Part shown: one piece after another, positions 52,853-64,000 of the stretch
Layout of the letters: each line of letters starts with the position of its first letter
Position numbering within the stretch: the stretch's first letter is position 1
Assembly (NCBI GenBank): GCA_951406725.2
Contig: OX597829.1
Span: 26,164,001 to 26,228,000, forward strand
Source: Octopus vulgaris
Taxonomy: Eukaryota
Direction: 5' to 3'
Length of the DNA stretch: 64,000 nucleotides
Notes under the pieces: generated by a model
Told to the model about the DNA's origin: nothing
What the model saw: only the letters and a program-made list of their open reading frames with translations
Database searches by the model: none
Translations under genes and position numbers: made by a program

Positions 52853-54239
52853 CACACATTTTGAAAAAAAGAAATAGAATGACTACACCTGTAGTTCTAA
52901 AAATTTGTTTTCTATTATTTTAAAACTTTTTTTAATAATATAAATTTTACACTTCAGTTCGTTAATCTAGTAAGTTCTCTTTTTTTTTTATTTTGGGTGG
53001 GGAGATTTGTTTAGAAAAATTACTTGTTAACTTTTCTGGAGAACTTTCTCACATTACATTCATTGTCAAACAGATCTGATGATCTGGGGCTTTGTGATTC
53101 TATATATGGGATTTGGGTTTGTTTGGGGTGAGGTTAGGGTTTGTCAATCAGTTTGGGAATGAAAGGGTGTTGATGAATAAGAGCTGAAAGGAAACAGTGA
53201 ATGGTCAAAAGATACTTGATTGGAGTTGGTTGTATGTTAAAGGCATGTTTTATGAAGCCATTTGAATAGTTGACCTTTGGTAAGAAATATAATGGGCAGA
53301 TGTTTTTCTAAATGCTTTCTCTTTGTAATTTTCTATGTTTTAGGTGTGCGTCTGGGGTGGTGGTGCTAATGAGGTGTAAGATACATGTCTCTTGATAAAA
53401 ATATTTGTTGATGGAAATGAATTTTTATATACTGGTTTAGGAGGGGAGGTGAGGAAGATCATGCTAGCTCACATATTTACTTCCTCACATATACCAGACA
53501 AAGAGTATATATACATCTCTCTCTCTATATACACACATATACATATATACATACACATCTTTCTATCTACACACACATACATACATATACACACGCATGT
53601 GTGGATATACTCATTCATAAACATGCATATACATATCCATACACATGCATATATATATACATATATACATACACACACATACATATACATATCCACACAC
53701 CACATATATAAACCTATATGTATACACATATACATATATACACACACCCACACAAATATTCCCTCCAGCTCACATGCACCTACACCTCTGCATACATACC
53801 CACCACCACCGCTGTCCAGCATTTGCTTTCCATGTGGACGCTAAACAATAATGATGATGGATGCATGTGCAAATATATGGACACTTATGAAGCAGAAAAA
53901 ATACACACGTGTGGACATGTGTGTGCATACACATACTTATACACATAATATACCTACATACACACTTATACACATACATACTGATACACATATATATTTA
54001 CATACACATGCACACATATGTTTATGCATCTACACTACTCAAGTATTTAAGTTCACATGTACATTGTTGGGGAGAGGTGTTAGTGAAATGGTAGTTCTCT
54101 TCAATGATTGAATGATTGAAAGTGTGGGTATCATCCACTTCTATTTGGAAGGATATATATATATATATATATATATATCTTTTTTTATATATAAAAAAAG
54201 GAGAGGATCCAGTTATTTGTTGAGGGGGTTGGAATATCA

Positions 54240-54740
54240 TTTTTCGTGTTCAGTAATGGTTTGTACTTCCTGATGAAGAATTCTTCTTTATATTTCCGAA
54301 ATGGTCATAACTTAAAAATAGGGAAGATTGTGAATTTTCCCTTTCCACATGATGCAAAGTGTCCACTGCAAGTGGTGTTTCTGACAGAGGGGTCTTTAAT
54401 TTGTTGTTTCTATACATGAACTCTGTCATGCAGTCCTATTCTGATTTCACCAATATAGTACACTTTACATTGTGAGCAAGTTGCACAGTAAATTAAGTTT
54501 ATCGTTTTGCAATTCATGTTTGCATTGACTTTGGAAATCTCATTGTTTTAAAGGAGATTTGTCCACCCTCTTTAATATATTTACAGGTTCTGCATCAAGG
54601 GTCACCACACTTTTTAACTTGTATTTTTTCAATGTTAGATGTAAATTTCACCTTGGTGAATATTATTTGTGAGTCTTGAGTGCATTCATTTTGGGGAATT
54701 GCTAGAGGATTAGTGTGAGGGATATAAATCATTTTCCACA
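54240..54740 (-). mobile_element. Degenerate Penelope-like element GIY-YIG endonuclease fragment
   Basis: Manual translation: KKCGDP*CRTCKYI...NMNCKTINLIYCATCSQCKVYYIGEIRIGLHDRV...SGHF...KEEFFIRKYKPLLN. Has LIY/YIG motifs, an upstream Cys knuckle, stops and a frameshift. Confidence 0.8.
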
Positions 54741-54809
54741 TAATATATAATAAGATTAGCAATCTGAATTTGAAATGAAGGAATAAGGAAGAAAATATCT
54801 ATAGCTCAC

Positions 54810-54970
54810 CTGAATCGTGTTCGACGCAGACTTTAAGCCTACAGTATTCTGTCTGAGAGATGAGACGGGAGACTCTGTCCTGCGTATTAACATCGGGGAG
54901 TTGCTAGGTGAGATTCTGGGACTTTGTGAAGGGCTTGTGGCACTGATGATGGATACAGAGCTGTTGAGGG
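54810..54970 (-). CDS. PAN3: PAN3 exon (ALNSS...SPSQSPRISPSNSPMLIRR...NTIQ)
   Basis: ttctag / gtgagc; 161 nt, phase 1 to 0; resembles the vertebrate SSPLHSPKITPHTSPAPRRR segment. Confidence 0.9.
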
Positions 54971-55409
54971 CTAGAATAGGGAAACAGATCAATATAGACT
55001 TGAGTATATACATGTATGTATGTGTGTGTGTGTGTTTATCCCTGTATGAATATATCTGTGTGTATGTGTGTATATTGTTCACCAACAAGTGCTGACATGA
55101 TTGTGTGGTTTGGAAGCTCACTTTGCAACCACAAGGTTTTTCAGTCCCACAACACAGTACCTTGGGCAACTGTCTTCTACTATAGCTTGGGATCTCAGTC
55201 TCACAAACAGAGATGCATGAAATAAGAGCACCCAATACATACTATAAAGTGGTGGGTATGAGGAAGGGCATCCAGTTACAGAAACAAAGCCAAAGCAGAT
55301 ATTGAAGTACAGTGCAGTCCTTGAATCCACCAGATCCAATTAAACACTTCAACCCATGCCTAGCATCAAACATGGATGCTAAAAGATGAAGATGAGAACG
55401 ATATGTGTG

Positions 55410-55745
55410 TGAAGGTGCTTGGCTCAGTGGTTAGCACATCAGGCTCACAAACATGAGATAGTGAGTTCAATTCCCAGACCAGCCTGTGTGTTGTATTCTT
55501 GTGCAAGGCACTTTATTTCACATTGCTCCAATTCACTCAGCTGTAGAAATGAATTGCAACATCACTAGTGCCAATCTGTATCAGCCTTTGCTTTTCTCTT
55601 GGATAACATCAGTGGTGTGGAGAGGGAGGCTGGAATACATGGTCTTCCATAAGCAACCTTGCCTAGACTTGTGTCTCGGAGAACTTACTAGGTGCAAACT
55701 CATGGTCACTCTTGACTGAAGGAGGTCTTTTACCATTTACCCTTT
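55410..55745 (+). mobile_element. tRNA-derived SINE, family D
   Basis: A box tggctcagtgg, B box gagttcaattccc. Confidence 0.7.
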
Positions 55746-56541
55746 TATATATATAATAGACAAGTTGGCAGAATCATTAGCATGCCATGCAAAAAGCTTA
55801 GCGGTATTTTGTCTGCCGCTACGTTCTGAGTTCAAATTTCGCTGTGGTCGACTTTGCCTTTCATCCTTTCAGGGTCAATTAAATAAGTACCAGTTACATA
55901 CTGGGGTCAACGTAATCGACTTAATCCCTTTGTCTGTCCTTGATTGTCCTCTCTATGTTTAGCCCCCTGTGGGCAATAAAGAAATAAATATATACTTCCA
56001 GGTTCACCCAGTTACTCTCACTCACTCTTCTACAATGTAAGTAGCTATGTAGCTCCTCCACCACAAGAAACCTGTTCTATTTCGACCCCTTCTCTCACAC
56101 TTTAACCTCCACAACCATCTCCTAGTTTAAAGGTTCCTTTCTTTCCCTGTAGCCTCATTCAGTTGAAGGGGATCTGTCTTGCCAGCTGTGTGGTGACCTC
56201 ACTAGTGCCTATACCAAGAAAAATGCGCCCAGTACACTCTGTAAAGTAGTTGGCATTAGGAAGAGCACTAGGCCTAAAAGCTATGCCAAAGTAGACATTG
56301 GAACATCAGGACCCATTTGGTTCTGCCAGCATAGATGAACATTAAAAGATGATACTGATTACACATACACACTTGTATACAAATATATACATTTATATAT
56401 ACTTAAACATAAAGATACATATATCATTTAATATACACAAGATTTAAATGCAAGTTACTATTAGTTTCATGTCTCTGAATATACAGTTGTCAGACAAGCT
56501 TTATAAATATGCGTATACATGTAAACTTCAACAACACATAC

Positions 56542-56677
56542 CAGGTGTGACATGAGGCGACGGAGCAGATATAGTGGTCATTTGTGAATATGTAGTGAAT
56601 GACGGCGAACTCGAGCTGTGATTAAGAGCTGTGGGAGACTTCCCAACATAATCACGAATTGTGGCACCACTTGTGTC
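56542..56677 (-). CDS. PAN3: PAN3 exon (DTSGATIRDYVGK...SPHVTP)
   Basis: ttccag / gtatgt boundaries; 136 nt, phase 0 to 1; open and Ser/Pro-rich. Confidence 0.85.
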
Positions 56678-57003
56678 CTGGAATAAAAAAAAAGAATAAC
56701 AATATATTTATATGTTACAAAAGAATAATAATATATTTATGTTGCAATGTGTGTGTGTGTAGGAATATGTAGTGCAAAAGATGAAAAAATACAATAAATA
56801 TGTGGTAAAATTTAAACACAGAGTTAGTATTAATTTGATACTCAGGAAACAGAAAGATAAAAGAAAATGTCTAATATGTCAAGTATATACTGTTCTCCTG
56901 AAAGATAAGATAGAGAAATGAATGGAGAAGGATAATGGAGAAAAAGAATTGCATATGTATTCAAGCATCTTGGTTAGATACATATTGGATTATATAATTA
57001 TAT

Positions 57004-57708
57004 ATTACATGGTAAAATGCAAGCAAGAAAAACATATTCTTAAGATTATAAACCTGGAAAATTACAGAACAAGTTATTACACTTGGAAAAGTTCAAGACA
57101 ACTTGCTACATCTGGTAAAGTATAGAACAAGAACATTTTTCAGTTCTACATTTGAGAGATGAGGAATTATGTACATTATTTACATTTGACGGACAACAAA
57201 CAAGATGAGGACAAATATCCGTCAAATGTAAATAATGTAAGAAAATTTTTACTTAAAATATTGCAGCTAAGGATAAAATTTCAAATAAAATATTAGCTTT
57301 TATTAAAACTAAAAATTTTATTACAAGTTATTACTTCTATTTGTTATCACTTGTTACTTCTATTAAAAATTAAAAATAAATCAAAATATTTTTTGCACTT
57401 TAAAAAATTCATTTCTTAATTATCAATTAATTAGAAATTTGAAAATAGGTTATAAAAAATAATTGGCTCTCATCTTTTAAGTATTCTAGTGTACCAATAT
57501 TTTAACAAAATGATGGTACCTTTTTTTAATTGTAATATTACTTTATAAATTAAAATCAAATAATTTTCTATATTCAAATTTTATCCTTTGCTTTACCAGA
57601 TGTAATAACTTGTCCTGAACTTTTCCAAGTGTAATAACTTGTCCTGTACTTTTCCAGATTTATAATCTTAAGAATATTATTTCTCTTGCTCACATTTTCC
57701 CATGTAAT
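57004..57708. repeat. Older inverted repeat, ~115 bp arms
   Basis: 57004-57120 versus 57591-57708; hosts the 57141 insertion. Confidence 0.75.
57141..57238 (-). mobile_element. 5'-truncated copy of the 28012-28300 family, inverted piece plus tail
   Basis: Shares caacaaacaagatgaggacaaatatcc..caaatgtaaataatgtacataattcctcatc; near-TSD aagaacattttt / aagaaaattttt (57129-57140, 57239-57250). Confidence 0.8.
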
Positions 57709-58989
57709 CCATGCTTTTCCAGGCTATGCTATTTAATAATGTGTCAAATATATCAAATTAGCAGTGTCGTTGATCATTTTTCCTTACCTCAATGATGCCA
57801 GTGACATATATTAAAAGTCTCCTAGAACTATATTCATAAAAAAATATAGAACTATATTATCACCCTCAAATTTGAGAAACAAACACTCATAAATTTTTTC
57901 TTTTAAAACTTCATTGCATGAGATTGTTACCATGAAATTCCTCAAATTGAGATCAATCATTTAAGCTTAATTAAAAAAGAGTTTGTTTTTAAAATGAAAA
58001 AGGTAATTATACTTGAATCGAATTTTTTGCATTACTTACATTTTTTTGTGATATTTTACCTCACAACTTTTTTTATACAAATTTTTGTTGCATGCGAACA
58101 AAACTATGAAATCCCTCATGCTTTCTTCTATCATTGAAGCTAAGATAAAATAAAAAAGTTATTTAGATCTAAACTTGATTGGTGGTCTTACTCTCCTATA
58201 AGATCACTACAAATTTTGATGTAAACTTTTTTCTACTGGACCAAATCTCAATCGTTTTATGCCAAAATGTAGCTAGGGACCAGTCTTCTTCAAAAATGTT
58301 AATGTTTTTTCCATTTGGTTAAGAACTGAATTAGCGACAAGCCCTGAAAGATGCTGTGTGAATAAATAGCGGCCTTAAGAATATTATTCAATTTCTACCA
58401 CTTATACAGATTTTTGTTGCATGGGACCAAAACTATAAAATTCTTCATGCTTTCTTCTGTCACTGAAGCTAAGATAAATATATTTTGCCCTTCCTGTTAT
58501 CATCCCTTACTTGTTTCCAAGCAAAGGTCATACTTGCCTATGGCTAGATAAGCTTTTCATCAAAGACTGGAAACAAACAACATTGCTTGTATGACGATGA
58601 TGATGCTCATTTACAACCATCATGTGATATCTAGACAAATGTACACACACGTATACATACATATATACGTCTTAAGTATAAATATATATATATGCATGCA
58701 TACACAAAGTAAACATACATACATACATATGTATATATATTTATACTAATCATCTTCTAACACCCATCCCTCCAATCTAACTGCTTCACTTCTCAAGTGT
58801 TGTAAATAATACCCTTTATTTCTTACACTTCATACTGGTACCTATTTTATTGAATCCAAAAGGATGAAAAGCAAAGTCAACCTTGATGAAATTTTAACTC
58901 AGAACATAAGGAGAGATTAAATGCAGCCAAGCACTTTGCCCAGCATGCTGACAGTTCTGCCAGCTTGTCACCTTTACTGATTATAAATT

Positions 58990-59600
58990 ATTGAAAGCAG
59001 AGCCAAAATATCAGTCTTTTAGTATTTTGGCAGTTATGCGGGCAAGTCACATCATCTCATTACACCACCTTCCTCAGCATTCATAACCCTCTCTTGATGA
59101 ATTTTATATCATTTAGTGATTTTGTTACCTTTAAGAAATAATTTTTAATTATCTAAAAGGAAATTCTCCTAAAACGAGAAATATTAAAATTTCATCCATC
59201 TGTCAACTATTTGTAATGAAAGGATGACAACTAAAACCATAGCTATGGTGAGCTACCCTAGTGGCTGATTACATTTATACAGAACATCGCAACCTGAGAT
59301 ACAAGTTTTACAAATATGAGTATGATTATTTTCTTAAGCAAAAGACAAACAGGTATACAGTTGATCTGAAAGAAGATAAAACTAAAATATAACAGTGCCA
59401 TAATGTAATTTTTTAATGATTAGTTTATGGTATCATACTTTATTCAAGTAACCTGTCACAATATTCTCTTTACTTGCACAGAATCATAAAAATATCTCAA
59501 TAAGTGTCTGATGAAACGTACTAAATTTGTTTTTCCACAAAATATATTTGTAAAATAGAAGTGTATCTTATTATACTGGCAAGTATAGTATCTCTTTGCA
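58990..59600 (+). repeat. Unclassified dispersed repeat, second copy at ~1640-2500
   Basis: Shared blocks aaattctccta..., tttcatcca.ctgtca.ctat, ttgatctgaaagaagataaa. Confidence 0.6.
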
Positions 59601-61289
59601 AAACAATGTGTGTTGTCCTTGTGCAAAAAATGGTATATACATATAAGTACAAGTGTCTGGAATTATATTGGAAAACAAAGACTAATTCTACCTTTCACCA
59701 TTCTGGGGTTGACAAAATAAAATACCAGTAAAATCCTGGAGTAGATATTACATTTTTTTCGTTTCCCTTCATGTATCTTGAAGGTCAACTTAGAAACCTC
59801 ATCTCCACTATCTGTCTTTCCAGCCCAACCCTCATTAATCCCACCCACTCTTTTATAGCCATGTAGCTAATGTATATGAATTCAGTTTGGTTCTGGTCCT
59901 TCCTTCATACTTTAACTCTTCATTTCCTAGCATAAAGCCACCTTTCTTTCTGCTGTAGCCCCCACTCAGTTGAAGGGGATCTTAGTCTTGCAGGCTGCAT
60001 GGTGAACTCTCTAGTACTAGTGCCATTACAAAAGTACCTAGTACATTCTATAATCTGGTTGGTGTTAGGAAGAGCATCCAGCCTTTAGAAACTATACCAA
60101 AGCCAATACTGTAGTAGGATGCAGTCCTTCAACACTTCAGATCCTATCACCATCCAACCCATGCCAGCATGGAATATGGATGTTAAAAGATGATTACGAT
60201 GAAATCAATAACCCTTGTAAAAGAGGTAATGTTTAGTGATAGGGAAAGGCAGTGATAAATCAATAATTTATTCATCTTCCCCTATACTAGCATGGAAAAC
60301 AAATGCCTTTCAGCACCCTAATAAGGGTCACATACACCAACATTTAACATCCATTTTCCATGATGGCATGGGCTAGCTAATTTGATGGGATCCAATGAGC
60401 CAGAGGACTGCACCAAGCTCCAATGTCTGCTTTGACATGGTTTCTATAGTTGGATGCCCTTCCTAATGCCAACCACATTTTGTAAAAGACATTTGTGAAG
60501 TCACCAAATCCCTGACTGAGTGGGGTTGTAGTAAAGAGGCGTTATATTAGATATTGAGAGGCTTAAGTGTAATGGAGGGTCAGGTACAGGTGTCTTTCTG
60601 TAGAGGAAATACACGGCTACTCAGTAATATTTAAGGGAGAGTGGAAGTAGCCGGAAAGAAGACAGTGGTGGTGGTGATGAAGTGTCAGAGCATACTCTGA
60701 AGATACAAGGTGAGTACAAAAAGAGACTACCAAAAAGTTCATTGACAAATGAGATGAGAGTAACAGTGGGTAAAGACAGGTAGGTGTAAAGGTGAATATA
60801 ATGAATGGAACTTGGATAGTGGCATGATAAAAAATGAATATCAATATGGGAGGGGTGAAATGAAAGACATAGGAATGGTTCAGGAAGGAGGTGATAAGTA
60901 GCAGTACAGGAAGAGGGAAGAGCAGCAGTATAAAAACCCTGTAGATACATCAGAAAATAGGAAATGATGTGCAGAATGGGAAAGTAGTGGGTGAGAGAGA
61001 TGTTAGAGGTATGTAGGGTTGGCTACAGTGAGTGGAGACAAATGTGATGGGAGTGCATTGACAGTAGGTGTGAGAAGGTTTTGAAAATGAAAGCAGAAAA
61101 TAAAGGGTATTAAAGATGAGGTTTGAAAGTCGTAAGATGTAGTTCAGAGCAGAGAGGGATAGATCAGAAAATATAGAGAGGATGCTTTGAGTGGGACAGT
61201 AGGGAACACATGAGAGAGAGAAGTGAGTGAGAGAGAGAAAGAGAGAGATGCAAACACAACATGAAAAAAAATTAAATAAATTGTCTCAC

Positions 61290-61427
61290 GTGACTTGGAC
61301 TGGAGTTAGAAAGATTGAGTGCAGCAAAGTTTTCTGATATATTTTCATCGACGCGACCTGGTAAGAAGGTTTTCACAGTCTGAGGGAGCTGTCCTGAAAA
61401 GGTACTGCGTGGGCGAGCTCGTTGTCT
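61290..61427 (-). CDS. PAN3: PAN3 exon, N-terminal low-complexity region (RQRARPRS...ENFAALNLSNSSPSH)
   Basis: ttgcag acceptor after a pyrimidine tract; gtgaga donor; 138 nt, phase-0 end matches the next exon. ENFAALNLS resembles vertebrate NDFGALNIS. The 5' boundary is less certain (alternative AG at 61394-61395). Confidence 0.75.
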
Positions 61428-61703
61428 CTGCAATGATACAAGAAAGGATTTAAAAGTGATTAATTATTTTAATCATTCTTTTATCTTTTACTTGTTTCAG
61501 TCATTGCACTGTGGCCATGCTTGGGGCGCTGTCTTGAAGGAACTTTTAGTTGAACAGATCAACCATGGTAGTTTTTTTCTTTTTTTTAAAGTCTGGTACA
61601 TATCCTACAGATTTCCTTTGCCAGACTGCTATGATATGGGGATAAAATCAAACTAACACCAGTTGTCAAGCAGTGGGGGGACAAACACAAACACACACAG
61701 ATA

Positions 61704-61748
<45 letters not shown>

Positions 61749-63225
61749 TCAAATTTGCAGAAAACAAAAGACGAAGACAGGTGAGGGAACAACAAGCAGA
61801 TGTATTAGTTTGATGCTCAGGAAGAAAGGAAAAGTTTGTTTTTTTTTACAAGCCAATGCACTTTGACAGAAAGGATTGAAAGGAAATAAATTGAGAGAGA
61901 AAAAAAATGTGTAGGGATTAACAGTACAAAATGATGTATATATGACATGTTTCCCTACTGATTCTGTTGACCAAATTCAGTTCACTTACAAGGAATTTGT
62001 TGGCTTGAGGCTATAACAGAAAACACTTGCTCAGCAGTGGGACTGAACCTAAACGAGAAGGTTGCAAAGCAAATATCTTAACTATACAGCCATGTCTGTG
62101 CCTGCTATATAATTCATTGATTCAGACATTAAATATGCCTAGTGTAAAGATTGTATATATGTGTGTGTGTGTATACACACACACACACACATATATTAGT
62201 GTAAGTCTGAGTCATGAGATTGTACGTACGTGGGTATTCATATATATATATATACATAAACATATATATACACACACACATATATTAAACAAATACATGC
62301 ACACACACATATATACACTATACACACAAACATATTTCAGTTTTAATCCGCCAAACCCACTCACATGGCTGTGGTTGGCTTGGGGCTATAGCAGAATACA
62401 GTTGTCCAAGGTGACACACAGTGGGACTGAATACAAAACTATAGGGTTTTAATAGCAAACCTCTTAAAATCATATCCATGCAACACCTTTCCTGATAACA
62501 AATGACAGTGACTTGAATGAATATGCAGAGCAGCATCTTGTGGGGTTCTATTGTGTGCATAAGGGTTTGGTTCCAAAAGAGGGGTGGAAATAAGGTTCTC
62601 AGAGTTTCATGGTGCAAATGACTTAATGGTCTGCTACAGTAATTTCAGGAAACCAGACAGCCAGCCACCTGATCACCTATGAATCTGGTGGACACAAAAG
62701 CCAGATTGACTACATTCAGAAAGTGATAGATAAATGGTTGAGAATGTAAAGTACTTCCTTTGTGAAGAACGTACAACCTAACATCAGTTAGTGTTTAGTG
62801 ACTTAAGATCTAAAGCTAGAATAACTCAGAGACACAAACCACACTAGAAAAGGAAGATGTAGAAGCTTAAAGATCCAGCAAAAATTTAATGTTAAAAAAC
62901 AGTTATAAGTTTAGAGATGTTCTAGTTGAGTGGCAAGAGTATGAAAGAAGGATAGGAGCAAGTGTCTTGCTATAGAGGAGATACATGGCCACCTCAGCTG
63001 GAAAAGAAGAGAAGCTAGTGGTGATGCAGTAAACAGAAAGCATGGGAGGTGGCATGGTCGATAGTAAATACAGTTTGGGGGAATGTGAAGGAAATAAGAG
63101 TGGGTCAGAGAGCAGGATGTGGTAAGCGGGGGGTATAAAAGAAAAGGAGATAAGTGAGAAGGAAAACTCTTGGTGACAAGGGTGAAGATCAGAGGTATTT
63201 AGAAGTGAATAAATACATATATGTA

Positions 63226-63753
63226 TGTTAAAGAGGACAACAATTATTAAGGCAAGACCAAACATCTCAAGTCATATATATTATTACTATTGGAAAAAAA
63301 TTACAAGTCTTATAGCTATTTCTGGGATATCCCAGAGTATGAGATATTCTGTCATTGGAAACAAATAGGGAAAATGAGAAGAGTATAGAGTAATGAAATG
63401 ACAATAAAGAGGACAGGAGTAAAGGAATAAGGAGATGAAGAAAGAGAAGAAAAAAGAAGCATAAAAGTTCATCCAACTTTCCGATGCAATCTGGATTCAA
63501 GCAGGACTTACTTCTACAAGATTGGAAAGTTGAACTGTGAACTTTTATGCTTACAATTTCTTCATCTCCTTATTCCTTTACTACTGTCTTTTATGTTGTC
63601 ATTTCATCAATCTATACCCTTCTCATTTTCCCTATTTGACTCTGATGATGGAATATCCCAGAAACAGCTGTAAGACTTGGAATTTTGTTCCAATAATAAT
63701 GTACATGACTTGAGATGCCTGCCTTACATTAACATCTGTTGTTCTCTTTAACA
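63226..63753. repeat. Long inverted repeat (Penelope-type fold-back)
   Basis: Arms ~63226-63484 and ~63521-63753 are reverse complements; both carry hammerhead-derived sequence. Confidence 0.85.
63638..63676 (+). ncRNA. Type I hammerhead motif in the right arm of a fold-back element
   Basis: gact CTGATGA tgg-aatatc-cca GAAA cagctg TA agac; intact core, one stem I mismatch, palindromic stem III. Confidence 0.6.
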
Positions 63754-63897
63754 ATTATATATCCACAATATTGGAAATCTGCAATGGCACCATAACTACT
63801 GCCTTGGCTATAACCTTGGAGTCCTAGTAATCTGTTACAGCACTTACCTAGTGTACCTATTCGTTTAGATCACCTGTGAACGAAACACCCATATTTC

Positions 63898-63968
<71 letters not shown>

Positions 63969-64000
63969 AACAAGGGTGAGGGTGTCGATGGCCAGTATGA

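Larger units (their letters stand above)
1337..61427 (-). other. PAN3: PAN3 gene, 15 internal coding exons; 5' and 3' ends outside window
   Basis: Fifteen GT-AG bounded exons join in compatible phases into 1815 nt (605 codons) with no stop. The product has PAN3 motifs ENVGGTTYFY, EVDSYHxLxPLE, RIHGFRL, LPESLIWAYIVQL, MPMIGARFYTQLD, ENGRLFRLL and [16 protein letters not shown]. Confidence 0.97.

Noticed and set aside
54266-54312. CTGATGA...GAAA tggtca TA on the plus strand, resembling a hammerhead
   Set aside because: No stem I pairing; it is the antisense of the GIY-YIG coding remnant, so likely coincidence.

Overview
AT-rich, repeat-dense animal genomic DNA. The repeat landscape (RTE LINEs with (GAT)n tails, several tRNA-derived SINEs, abundant TA/CA microsatellites) suggests an octopus-type cephalopod; that assignment is inference. 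The whole window lies inside one minus-strand gene, PAN3 (pseudokinase subunit of the PAN2-PAN3 deadenylase). I reconstructed 15 internal GT-AG exons (61427 down to 1337) that splice in phase into 605 uninterrupted codons; the start and final exons lie outside the window. The introns hold RTE LINEs (with a PHD finger inside the RT region), an RTE-BovB-type 3' end, piggyBac and Tc1/mariner derivatives, a probable Sola2 remnant, a Penelope-like GIY-YIG remnant and many SINEs. The most notable unannotated signal is a set of small fold-back insertions built as inverted piece + body + unpaired tail, the Penelope pLTR architecture. Several carry type I hammerhead ribozyme cores with palindromic stem III. 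One is a TSD-flanked element joining a tRNA-derived Pol III head to a hammerhead (28012-28300). Another has an intact core on the PAN3 sense strand (8426-8507).
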